In this document: positions 10,330 to 19,500 of the stretch, piece after piece
How positions within the stretch are numbered: the first letter of the stretch is position 1
Layout of the letters: each line of letters opens with the position of its first letter
Origin: an uncultured Nitrososphaerota archaeon
GTDB taxonomy: Archaea; Thermoproteota; Nitrososphaeria; Conexivisphaerales; DTJL01
DNA length: 64,000 bases
NCBI GenBank assembly: GCA_963842885.1
Contig: CAWJIE010000003.1
Span: forward strand, 384,001-448,000
Direction: 5' to 3'
The notes under the pieces: model-generated
The model's input: only the letters and a program-made list of their open reading frames with translations
What the model was told of the DNA's origin: nothing
The model's database searches: none
Translations under genes and position numbers: made by a program

Positions 10330-11240
10330 GCCATGATTCTGACATGCCGTAAACCCATGCCAACATGTCACGCTCCACTTGGTTGCGTTGTTAGGACCAA
10401 GCACCCGCGCACCCTGACCGGGTTCCACCGATACGGGACGCAAATGCACGTTGTCCATCTAATCACCATCGATGAGGTCCGCTTTCCGAGAACTCGCCTT
10501 TCCATGGCCCTGGCTGTGTCGGTTTGGCCGTATCCTGCGAAGTTATCTGAGGAGCATCGAATGCGTCACCAAAAGGCGTTGTGGGACGGGGAAAGACGTT
10601 AACTGCCATGGTCCGTTCTGGCAGGTACTCTATTACTCTTGAGTCGCTGGGACATCCGTCGACGCGCGCAGGTGGCTGAATTCGCGGAACGGATTGAGTC
10701 GAAGCACCTTTCCTTTCCTTGCCTTGCCATGGGCCACTTTCCCCCGCTGAACCGTTCCATGAACCCACGGACGAGCCCGGAATGAGCAAGGATGTGATGA
10801 TGGGCTGGCATTCGCACGGCGATGAATTGGCATGATTCGAGGGGCATCGATTCGACGAGCTCGGCGAATGTAAAACGAGGCATGTCTGACTTAGCAACGA
10901 AGCTGAACCGGGCTTGGCATGTTCGACTGGACTTCACTTGATGGGACGGGCTGGACCTAGCTTGGTAGTGGAAGAAAGCTCGTTCGGCTCACAGCTCAAT
11001 TCGGGGACGACGGTTGGCGACCTTGCGACGCACAGCCAAGACATCGGTGGACCGGGAACGTTATACTAACAGAAATGAATCAAAAAATACACAGGGAAGA
11101 CATGCAAGAATGTCCGCAATGGTATAACATCTCAACTCGGAACTCGGCTCTTGGAGCCGATCGGGCTGAGTGCACGAGCTCTATGTAATTCCGGCCACCA
11201 TACGGGCTACCGGAAAATGGGCGTCAGACATCAAACGTAA
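10330..11240. repeat. degenerate pentanucleotide-periodic non-coding tract
   Basis: ACCTT-TCCTT-TCCTT-GCCTT-GCCAT at 10706-10730; G at a fixed 5-bp phase in 23 of 31 pentamers over 10746-10900, including 11 in a row; no convincing ORF. Confidence 0.6.
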
Positions 11241-11245
11241 GGGGT

Positions 11246-11279
11246 TAAGTACATGGGGATGCACTAAGTACACGGGGAT
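11246..11279 (+). promoter_or_regulatory. 15-bp direct repeat upstream of the AAA+ ATPase gene
   Basis: TAAGTACATGGGGAT (11246-11260) and TAAGTACACGGGGAT (11265-11279). Confidence 0.5.
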
Positions 11280-11287
11280 ATCCCACG

Positions 11288-12421
11288 TACTTCGAAGAGG
11301 CCCCGAAGACGGACAGGAAGGACATGTTCGACTACTCCGAGGAGTTCCAGAAGATGACCTCCTCTCTATCGGGAGGGGCGAGGATGATCATAATAAAGGG
11401 AAGGAGGAGGACGGGCAAGACTTCTCTCCTCCTGTCCTCCCTGAACGAACTCGGGCGCCCGTACGTCGTTCTTGATGGGAGGGCCTTCTCCTCCTCCCCT
11501 CAGGTGAGGCGGGAGGAGTTCGTCAAGCTGCTCGAGGACGGCCTGAACGAGTTCCTGAGGAGGGAGAGGAGGCTGGGCGCCAAGGTGATCGATGCGCTAA
11601 AGCACGTCCAGGGCCTCGAACGAACCTCAGGTGCCATCCCCGGCCTCTCCCTTCGCTGGGGGCCCCTGCCCCGGGACGCCGTGAACGTCTCCTCCATCTT
11701 CGATGCCCTTTCAGACGAAGCGGCCAGACAGAAGACCTCCTTTATCATCGCCATAGACGAAGCGCAGGAGTTCAGGAAGGTCATGCGCTACGACCTGACG
11801 AGCGTGCTCGCGCACGCGTACGACTACTGCCCGGGACTCAAGTTCGTGGTCACCGGCTCGGAGGCGGGGATGCTCCACAAGTTCCTTAGGGTCGATGACC
11901 CCGAAGCCCCCCTCTTCGGACGGGCGATGGTCGAGATAGAGCTCTCCGGCCTGACGAAGGAGAGGAGCGTCGAGTACCTTCGGGAAGGGTTCAGGCAGGT
12001 GGGGATGGAGGTGCCTGGGGATGTGCTCGAAGGAGCCCACCTGAGGTTCGACGGGATAATAGGCTGGCTGACCTACCTCGGCTTCAGGGCCAGGGAGGAG
12101 AGGGAGCTCGACCAGAAGGTGATTGAGGAGACGGCCTCGCTGGCATCCAAGATGGCGGCCTCGGAGTTCAGGAACTTCCTGGGCCTGTACAGGTCGGAGA
12201 GGTATCGGACAGTGATGAAGAGCCTGGCTGGAGGGAGCCTTTCGTGGGCGGACCTGAAGAGGGCGATCGAGTCCAAGGAGGGGATGAGGGTCGGACAGGG
12301 GGAGGTCACTAAGGTGCTCCACAACCTCGAGGACGCCGGCTTTGTGGCGAAGGATGAGGGAGGAGCTTATTCCATCTCGGAGCCGATGATAAGAGAAGCG
12401 GCCTCGAAGGGGATCATATAG
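11288..12421 (+). CDS. archaeal AAA+/STAND-like ATPase (ATPase_2 type) with C-terminal wHTH
   Basis: In-frame YFEEAPKTDRKDMFD upstream of the ATG at 11324, Walker A GRRRTGKTS, Walker B IAIDEAQ, VTGSEAG, PLFGR, GIIGWL. Confidence 0.85.
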   Translation, partial: YFEEAPKTDRKDMFDYSEEFQKMTSSLSGGARMIIIKGRRRTGKTSLLLSSLNELGRPYVVLDGRAFSSSPQVRREEFVKLLEDGLNEFLRRERRLGAKVIDALKHVQGLERTSGAIPGLSLRWGPLPRDAVNVSSIFDALSDEAARQKTSFIIAIDEAQEFRKVMRYDLTSVLAHAYDYCPGLKFVVTGSEAGMLHKFLRVDDPEAPLFGRAMVEIELSGLTKERSVEYLREGFRQVGMEVPGDVLEGAHLRFDGIIGWLTYLGFRAREERELDQKVIEETASLASKMAASEFRNFLGLYRSERYRTVMKSLAGGSLSWADLKRAIESKEGMRVGQGEVTKVLHNLEDAGFVAKDEGGAYSISEPMIREAASKGII

Positions 12422-13119
12422 GAAGGATATGGTACATAGCCCTGCACTTGGTATATGGACATAGCGCGAGAGGGGCCGAGGCGAAGGACCCCGCCTTTAA
12501 TCTGCCATCGAGCGACAAGAGGTGGGTCCTTTTGCGTCGCTGGCGGAAGACAAGGCTCTGCATCTCCGCTGTGATGGTTCCAAGCCGGCCCGTCAATCGG
12601 TATTTAAGGCAAAGGCGCGGCCATTGAGGAGTATTTAAGGAGAAGACGATGGCGGTCGAGCTCTATTGTGAGGTTTCGAATCAGCCATAGATGGAAGACC
12701 TCGGATCTCGTCCAGAGAAGCGAAGGTGGATGCGGGATGCCAAAGGGCAGACGCGTAAACGGTTTGAAGCGATGGAACCATGCACGGCCTCCTTTTAACG
12801 CACTTTGCAGGGGCTTCCGGGGGCTCAGGAGCCGCCTTGGCCTAGATGATGAGCTTCCCTGGCGTTAGCGCGGGGAGGAATGCACGACCTCAGGCATTGC
12901 CCCTTTTCCTACGGCAGCGACAGCCATCCTGTCGGCCTAGGTAGGTCTCTAGTGTCGGTCCCATGTCATGATGTAGAGCGGGGGACGGCCATCCGGATCG
13001 AGACAGGCTCCCTAACCAGATGGAGTGCGCTATTGAGCTGGTTTGATCGTGAAGACGATGTTGGCAGTCCCGTGCATGTACGGGTTCCTTTCACCAGACT
13101 CCACTAAACTCTCGGCTCA

Positions 13120-13896
13120 ATGAGACAAAGTGCCCTCTTGAGTTATTTTGAAGATGAGACGGAGCTTAGCAGGGCCGGGGCATCCGAGCTCCGTCCCCGT
13201 CGATTTTGCTAACGCGCCCCTAGGATGAGACGGAACGCCTTTTCAGGCCGATTTGGAGATGAGACAGCGTTAGCAGGTCCAGGGCGTCAAAATTTCGGTC
13301 CCCCTTTCCTGCTAACGCGACCGTCAGATGAAACAAGATGCCATTTTGGGCCATTTGGACGATGAGACGATGTTAGCAAAACCGGGGGCGCCAGTTTCTC
13401 CTCCGTCTAGACTGCCATTGCACCCGTCGGGTGAGACGAACGGCGCTTCCAGGTCGGTTCTGAGATGGGACGATATCAGTAGTTGGAGGGAGTCGAAATT
13501 CCGTCCTCTGCGATTTGCTATAGTCACCGCTTAACGAAACAAAGCGCCCTATAGGGCCGTTTTGACGATGAAACGGGCTCTAGCAAAGCCAAGGCCTCGA
13601 AATTTTGCCCCCTCCGACTTGCTAGAGTCGCGGCTTCAATGAGACAAAGCGCCCCCTTGGGTCATTTTGGCTACGAGACGAACTCTAGCAAAACCAGGGG
13701 TGTTCGAATCGTCTCCTCCGGGCTAATAACGCATCTATCTGATGAGACGAACGGCGCTTTTAGCCCGTCCTGACAATGAGACGATGTTATTAGCCACGAG
13801 GCCTCAAAATTCCCCGCCCTCCGCGCTAATAACGCCCCCTTCCGATGAGACGGAACGCCTTTTTGGCCCATTTTAACGATGAAACGATGTTATTAG
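13120..13896. repeat. 8-unit 103-105 bp degenerate structured tandem array
   Basis: ATGARAC-like boxes at 13120/13154, 13225/13259, 13328/13362, 13431/13465, 13534/13568, 13639/13673, 13742/13776, 13845/13879 (spacing 34 then 69-71), flanked by inverted arms. Confidence 0.9.
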
Positions 13897-14492
13897 GGCC
13901 GAGGGCGGTTCGTCGCCGCCATCGCCATGTCGTCGCCCCAAGCCCAACTGGCTGGCGTTCTTATGGGGGCTCATCTGAACCACTGGTCTTCGATCACGTC
14001 CTAGAGCTCTTCTTTGAACGGTTCTTTAGTGGCAAGCGGGAGTCTCCGGTGGCGGCTCTGGTTCCGGCTCGCTCTTCGCCTGGGATAGTAGAGCTTGACG
14101 GACCTACTTCTAGCATTCGCGTTGCCGACCCTCATCGCAATGCTCTAGCTAACGTAACCGTTCAAGACCTTCCGAAACTCTACCATCTCCACTATGACAA
14201 CGGCAGAAGCATGAGGGGCGATTTAACCACCCATCTTCAGTCGAGGGGGCTGAGCGCGGAAGCTGCTTCAGGTCCTCTTCTTCCGTTGTGTTCCATCATC
14301 GGGACTTCTTGGCAAGTGTCCGGTTCGGGACCTGCAGCTAGGCTCGGGCAGCGAAATCCCCGTCCGGAAGTGAGGAGTCTAGAAGGCCAGACTTTGGCAT
14401 GTCCTTTGTCCGTCGTATCATGGAGTCTGATCTGCCAATCGACAGAGGATCTTCTCCCCAGCTCTTTTAAGTTGAGCAATGACCGAGTATAC

Positions 14493-14618
14493 ATGACAGA
14501 GAACAAAACCGATGACAAGGATTCCGACGAGGTCGAGCTGCGCGCGGCCGTCAAGGAGCGTTTTGAAATCAGAAGAGAGATAGAAGGGCTCCGGCGCGAA
14601 GTCGGGAGCCTGTCCTGA
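14493..14618 (+). CDS. small charged coiled-coil-like protein (41 aa), convergent with the integrase
   Basis: MTENKTDDKDSDEVELRAAVKERFEIRREIEGLRREVGSLS preceded by TATA-like TTTTAAG near 14465. Confidence 0.35.
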   Translation: MTENKTDDKDSDEVELRAAVKERFEIRREIEGLRREVGSLS

Positions 14619-14623
14619 CCCCG

Positions 14624-15997
14624 CTACTTGCCGAGCAGGACCCGCACGACGTCCGGCGGGATTGCCTTCCCTTCTTGCACGTACTTCGTCAATATCCGCC
14701 GGGTGCGTTCGTCGTTTTCCTCCTGCCTGGCCTCGAGCTCTTCTATCCTTCTCTGTTGCTTCATCAATTCCGGATCGGTTCCCTCTACGATCAGAGGGAG
14801 CTCCTCGTGAATCGGTGCTCCGCAGCCCCCGCAGAACTCGTTCATCCTAGGGTTCTCCCGCCGGCAGTTCGGGCAGAGGACAAACTCCGGCTGGGGCTTC
14901 TGGGTCTCGACGCCACCGTACACGTTCTCCAAGACTTCGTTGACGTCCTGTGCCGCGAGCTCGATGTACACCGCCGGCATCTTGCTTCCGGGCGCCCACC
15001 CGAACTTCCTCCTCATTATCTCCTCGTTCAGGTTGTGCTTGGCGTCTTTCGTGGCGGACATGTGCCGGAAGATGTTGGGATGCACGGGCCTCGGGATCCC
15101 CGCCACCTCGCCCAGCCGGCGCAGCGCCCTGTAGCAGGCGTCGTAGCGCCAGCGCTTGCAGACCAGCCTTCCTCGTTCGGTCATCAGCCAGAGCGGGGCC
15201 TTAGGGTCATCCCTGTATGGGTGCGTCTCAAGCCACTGCGTGAGCAGCATCCTCGACCTCTGCACCACCAGCCGTCGCCCGACCGTTTTCGTCATCTCAT
15301 CGGTGAAGTCGATCAGTACCCTGTACTCCTCCTTGCCGTTCCTGATGACCCGCTCATGCCTGATGTTGCCTATCAGGAGGCGCAGAAGCTCGCCCGGCCG
15401 GAGACCCAGCTCCTCGGCGACGGCGAGGAACGCCTTAATCATGATGTCGCTGGTCGCCCTGATGAGAGCTTCGAACTCCTCCTCCTCTATCACCGAGGGC
15501 CTCTTCTTGTCCGATTGCTTGAGGTTCGCCTTAAGCCCGTCGACCAAGTCCGGGTAGTGGTGGTCCTCCCTCCACTTCTCGTACTTTCCCTTGGGAGCCT
15601 TCAGCCACTGGTAGTATCGCTTGATCGTTATGACTATGTCGCGCTCGGTACGCGGTTCGTAGATGCCAGAGTAGAGCCACTTCTTGAGCTCGGCCACTTT
15701 CTTCTGGTTCATCCTGATCAGGGTCGTCCTGTTGTCGAACGCCCACATGGCCAGGTCCTGTAGGATGATGACGTACTTGGCCACCCTCACGTCGGATATG
15801 TTCTGGCCTATCAGGACGTCCACGAACCTCAGGATGGAGCGGCAGTCCTTCGGGCTTATCCTCCTCGGCCTTCCGGTCTTCTGCTCGATGGTGCCTTCCC
15901 GCGCTGACCGCTTGAGATGGGCGATCGCGCGCTCGATGCGCCGCTTCCCGCCAAAGATGTCGTGGTCCTCGACCTGCGCACCCGCGATTTGGTTCAT
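14624..15997 (-). CDS. tyrosine recombinase/integrase with C-terminal Zn ribbon (frame open to 16138)
   Basis: GLRPGEL (R), TKT (K), HPNIFRH, FGW, PAVY (Y), then CPNC...CGGCG and a coiled coil. Confidence 0.9.
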   Translation of the reverse strand: MNQIAGAQVEDHDIFGGKRRIERAIAHLKRSAREGTIEQKTGRPRRISPKDCRSILRFVDVLIGQNISDVRVAKYVIILQDLAMWAFDNRTTLIRMNQKKVAELKKWLYSGIYEPRTERDIVITIKRYYQWLKAPKGKYEKWREDHHYPDLVDGLKANLKQSDKKRPSVIEEEEFEALIRATSDIMIKAFLAVAEELGLRPGELLRLLIGNIRHERVIRNGKEEYRVLIDFTDEMTKTVGRRLVVQRSRMLLTQWLETHPYRDDPKAPLWLMTERGRLVCKRWRYDACYRALRRLGEVAGIPRPVHPNIFRHMSATKDAKHNLNEEIMRRKFGWAPGSKMPAVYIELAAQDVNEVLENVYGGVETQKPQPEFVLCPNCRRENPRMNEFCGGCGAPIHEELPLIVEGTDPELMKQQRRIEELEARQEENDERTRRILTKYVQEGKAIPPDVVRVLLGK

Positions 15998-16217
15998 GAT
16001 CGGGTACGGCGAATTACCTTTTAAGACGGGTAAGGGATTTGGATGTCTTCGTGGAGGCGCGCCCACCGCATTTTCACTGCTACCGGAATGCCCAGGGTTA
16101 GTCATGATGGCAGCTGCTGCCCCGCATGGCGACACCATGATGGCCCGGATTCCGCCATCTCCTTGGCAACATTCATAAGGCGATTCAGCCGAAAAATACT
16201 AGAATCGGAGAGAGGGC

Positions 16218-16751
16218 TTGACCGGAGAAGGCAAGGCGCAGAAGGTGCAGGACTCGTTGAAAGAAGTGATGCGGGGATTCCCGCAGGGCGTGACGGTGGT
16301 CACCACGAAGGCGAAGGGCAGGTTATGGGGTGTCACCGTGAGCTCGTTCACGACGGTGTCCCTCGAGCCGCCGCTCATCCTGGTGTCATTGATGAAGAAC
16401 GTCCCCACCTCGGGTGCCTTTGCGTCGGCGAGCGGCTTCACGGTGAACTTGGCAGATGACTAGAAGTCCGTTTCCGAAAGGTTCGCTGGCATGGTGCCTC
16501 TTGGAGACCGGTTCGAAGGACTGCGCTATCACTTCGCGAGCACCGGGTATCCCGTCATAGAGGGCGCCATGGGGTATTTCTACTGCAAGAGATGGAGGAA
16601 GTACGACGGCGGAGACCACTTGCTGGTACTGGGCAAGGTCATCGAAGCCAAGAGGCTCAACCACAAGCCTCCCCTGGTCAATTTCAAGCAGCAGTATGCC
16701 ACAGTGGTTCTCCCCGAAGTGGGTTCGCTCACAAAAGAGACACTCTGGTAG
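16218..16751 (+). pseudogene. flavin reductase family protein interrupted by an in-frame TAG
   Basis: FPQGVTVVTT, GVTVSSFTTVSLEPPL, GGDHLLVLG; two ORFs in the same frame separated by TAG at 16461-16463. Confidence 0.8.
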
Positions 16752-16787
16752 CACTGGACCGGCGCAGGGGGCTCCGATAGGTCTTTA

Positions 16788-17039
16788 TCACTTCAGAATC
16801 TGGTTCTGTCTCTCGGATATGCTCCTCAACTTGTCCAGATGCGGAGCCAGCTTTGACGGATCCGAAGGACCCAGGTCCTCCAAGCAGGACACATACCCGT
16901 TCATTTCGTTGAGCATCCCCTCGACCGAAGGCATGCGTCGGAAGGGGGCACCGAAAGGCCAAACCAGCTCCTGCTTGCCCTTCTGAGTGATCCCATAGCG
17001 TCTGTCGTCGTTCTTCGAGACTAGGCCCTCCTGAGTCAA
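16788..17039 (-). pseudogene. PadR-family regulator, 5'-truncated fragment
   Basis: EGLVSK...RYGITQKG wing motif with no upstream HTH; abuts the macro-domain gene. Confidence 0.5.
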
Positions 17040-17043
17040 ATCC

Positions 17044-17706
17044 TCAGGCTATCGGCATCTCGATCCTGCCGAAGTCGTCTTCATAGATTTCGTAATCGCC
17101 CTCGGAGAACAGGACGAACCTGACCTCCTTCAAGGACCTGTTGCCCTTGAGCAGGAAGTCGATGGCTGCGTCCAACGCTACGCGGGAGGCCTTTTCGATG
17201 GGATAGCCGTATGCACCGGTGGAGATGGAAGGGAAGGCGATCGACCTAATTCCGAGAGACTGGGCGGAATCCAGACAGTTCCGGTAGGCCCTCGATAACA
17301 GCTCCCCTTCGCCCTCACCGCCACCTCGCCAAACCGGGCCGACCGTGTGGATGACGTATCTAGCTGTCAGGTCCCCACCTGTTGTGACCACTACCTCACC
17401 AGTCGGGAGGCCATCGGGATACTTGGTCTTCCGGATCGCCTTGCACTCTTCCTGGACCTTGAGGCCACCCTTTCGATGGATGGCACCGTCCACTCCACCC
17501 CCACCCAACAAGCTCGAGTTGGCCGCATTTACAATGGCGTCGCAGTCTTGGTCAGTGATGTCGCCAAGGACAAGGCGAACCACGGTGTCACCTACGGTGC
17601 GCTGCAATCCACCATCGCCCAAGGCACCCTCACTAACAAACATGACTCCGCATGCGCAGACGTGAGCAGAGACATGGCCTTGAACCGTCTCCAGCCGTAC
17701 GACCAC
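17044..17706 (-). CDS. macro domain O-acetyl-ADP-ribose deacetylase (YmdB-like; true start probably later)
   Basis: GDIT, DAIVNAANSSLLGGGGVDGAIH, VIHTVGP, SIAFPSISTGAYGYP. Confidence 0.92.
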   Translation of the reverse strand: MVVRLETVQGHVSAHVCACGVMFVSEGALGDGGLQRTVGDTVVRLVLGDITDQDCDAIVNAANSSLLGGGGVDGAIHRKGGLKVQEECKAIRKTKYPDGLPTGEVVVTTGGDLTARYVIHTVGPVWRGGGEGEGELLSRAYRNCLDSAQSLGIRSIAFPSISTGAYGYPIEKASRVALDAAIDFLLKGNRSLKEVRFVLFSEGDYEIYEDDFGRIEMPIA

Positions 17707-18067
17707 TCTGACAATGCCGATGCTTATCAGGCAGACCCGGAAACCGGTTATCCTCTCATGCTTTCTCTCAACTGAAGTCTGAGGAAGCGTACGAGAGACT
17801 CTGAGCTCTACGAAGACGAATACGAAGCCATTTGGATTGAGGACTGCTATGGTTCAAGGCCGAAGACCATGCGCTTGGGGACCGTCGTGGACGCGGAAGG
17901 GTTCACTACTGAATTCGAGAGGGCCGGCAGAATACATGCGACCTGAGGGTATGATTCCCCCACTGGCCCATCAAAAGAGACGTCAGGACTGGAGAGCAGG
18001 GCAAGCCTTTGGGCGAAGGAAGCCACTTCGAGTTCCCATCGGGATCCTACAGCGAGGCCTCGGACTG

Positions 18068-18766
18068 CTACGCCGAGAGTGCACCGAACTCCTTGACGAT
18101 GTCTACGCCGTGGCTCGTTCCTATCCTGTTCGCGCCAGCTGAAGTAAGGGCCGAGAAGGACTGAGCGTCCCTGATGCCCCCTGAAGCCTTTACGCCGAGC
18201 TTCGGACCGACGACCCTGCGCATCAGGGCGACGTCATGTACAGTCGCGCCGCCCGTACCGTATCCGGTGGAGGTCTTGACGAAATCAACGCCGGCCTTCA
18301 CTGAAACCCTACAGGCCGCTTCCTTCTCTGCGTCGGTGAGATAGCAGGTCTCGATGATCGCCTTGACCAAGACGTAGCCGTCCATCCTCTTTGCGGCGCG
18401 GACCACTGCCCTGGCATCCCGAAGGACCAAATCATAGTCATGCGACTTCTCTGCGCCGATGTTCATCACCATGTCGATCTCCTCGGCTCCGTCCTTCACT
18501 GCAGCCTGAGCCTCTCTGACCTTGATCCCTGTCTTCGAGAGGCCGAAAGGGAAGGAGACCACCGAACACACCTTGACCGAGGAGCCCCTGACCTTCTCCC
18601 AGCATAGCGCCACGTGCGCGGGGTTGACTGTAACTGTGCAGAAATGGTATCTGACCGCCTCCTCGCACGCTTCCAGAATCTCCTCCTCTGCGGCGTTCGG
18701 TCGGAGGAGGGTATGATCTATGATGGAGGCAGCGCTCTCTGGCGTCCACCCGGAAGATCTCTTCAC
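18068..18766 (-). CDS. deoC: deoxyribose-phosphate aldolase
   Basis: IDHTLL, GAEEIDMV, KAIIET, DFVKTSTG, GVKASGGIR, RIGTS. Confidence 0.95.
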   Translation of the reverse strand: MKRSSGWTPESAASIIDHTLLRPNAAEEEILEACEEAVRYHFCTVTVNPAHVALCWEKVRGSSVKVCSVVSFPFGLSKTGIKVREAQAAVKDGAEEIDMVMNIGAEKSHDYDLVLRDARAVVRAAKRMDGYVLVKAIIETCYLTDAEKEAACRVSVKAGVDFVKTSTGYGTGGATVHDVALMRRVVGPKLGVKASGGIRDAQSFSALTSAGANRIGTSHGVDIVKEFGALSA

Positions 18767-18923
18767 ACCCCATGGAGGTGGCGTCAGGTTGAAAACGGTT
18801 CCTGTCGAGTTGCACAACGAGGGCATTCTAAGAAACCACTCCATGGCGAACACTCGACCAGACGCACGATCGTTGAAATGACCCGGCCCGTCGACACAAA
18901 CCACTTATACCGCGAAGTCGATA

Positions 18924-19181
18924 TTGGAATGGAAGATCACCATGAAGGTCGGCGTTTGCGGCATCTCCTGCGAAGTATGCCCTAAGATGGTCAAAGGCAC
19001 CTGCCCAAACGGTGAACAGGGCTGCGTGCCGAAACAGAACCCATTCTGCCAGATCTCCACCTGCGCCTTCAACAGCGGAGTCAGGCTCTGCTTTGAATGC
19101 GCCTACTTCCCCTGCGAATTGACGAAGACCGGGCCGATAAACTACAACTACTGTTCCTTCCTAGTGGGCAAGTCTGAGTAG
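18924..19181 (+). CDS. small Cys-rich protein (DUF3795-like)
   Basis: CGISCEVC, CPNG..GC, CQISTC, CFECAYFPC pattern. Confidence 0.65.
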   Translation: MEWKITMKVGVCGISCEVCPKMVKGTCPNGEQGCVPKQNPFCQISTCAFNSGVRLCFECAYFPCELTKTGPINYNYCSFLVGKSE

Positions 19182-19500
19182 GGGCGGGCTTTGCTGAAGC
19201 CGTGTGCCTCTCGGCGTCCCTTCGGATGTACCTAGCTGATTATTGTCGAGTTCCTGAAGAAGTAGTAGAAGGTGGCTATACCCACAGCATAGAAGCTGCT
19301 CGCCAGGAAGACTAGTCGCAACCGCCGAGCCCAACAGTTGGAGTATGGGAGGGAACTGAGGGACTTGCTGAATTCCCTTGTCGTAAATTTGTAGTCGTCC
19401 TATGCTCCTGACAGCAGACAGGACTGGTGCACGTCATCTGTCGAAATATCTTCATCATGCTGACGATGCTTATTAGACGCTAGAAAGAAGAGATGGTGGC

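Noticed and set aside
13739-13790. Hammerhead ribozyme or C/D box (CTGATGA at 13739)
   Set aside because: CTGATGA occurs in one unit only, and no GAAA core or box D follows at the required position.
13120-13896. CRISPR array (ATGAAAC resembles the ATTGAAAC repeat end)
   Set aside because: No identical 24-40 bp repeat, intervening sequences are homologous to each other rather than unique spacers, and no cas genes are in the window.
13207-13896. Integron attC sites (AAC...GTT arms near a tyrosine recombinase)
   Set aside because: AAC/GTT is present in only some units, the inner boxes are direct rather than complementary L boxes, and there are no cassette ORFs between units.
13120-13896. Chromosomal origin ORB elements
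   Set aside because: Only loose similarity to the TTCCA..GGAAAC consensus, no AT-rich unwinding element and no orc1/cdc6 gene in the window.
16461-16463. Pyrrolysine or stop-codon reassignment
   Set aside because: TAG is used as a normal stop in many genes here (argF, tfb, msrA) and no pyl genes are in the window.
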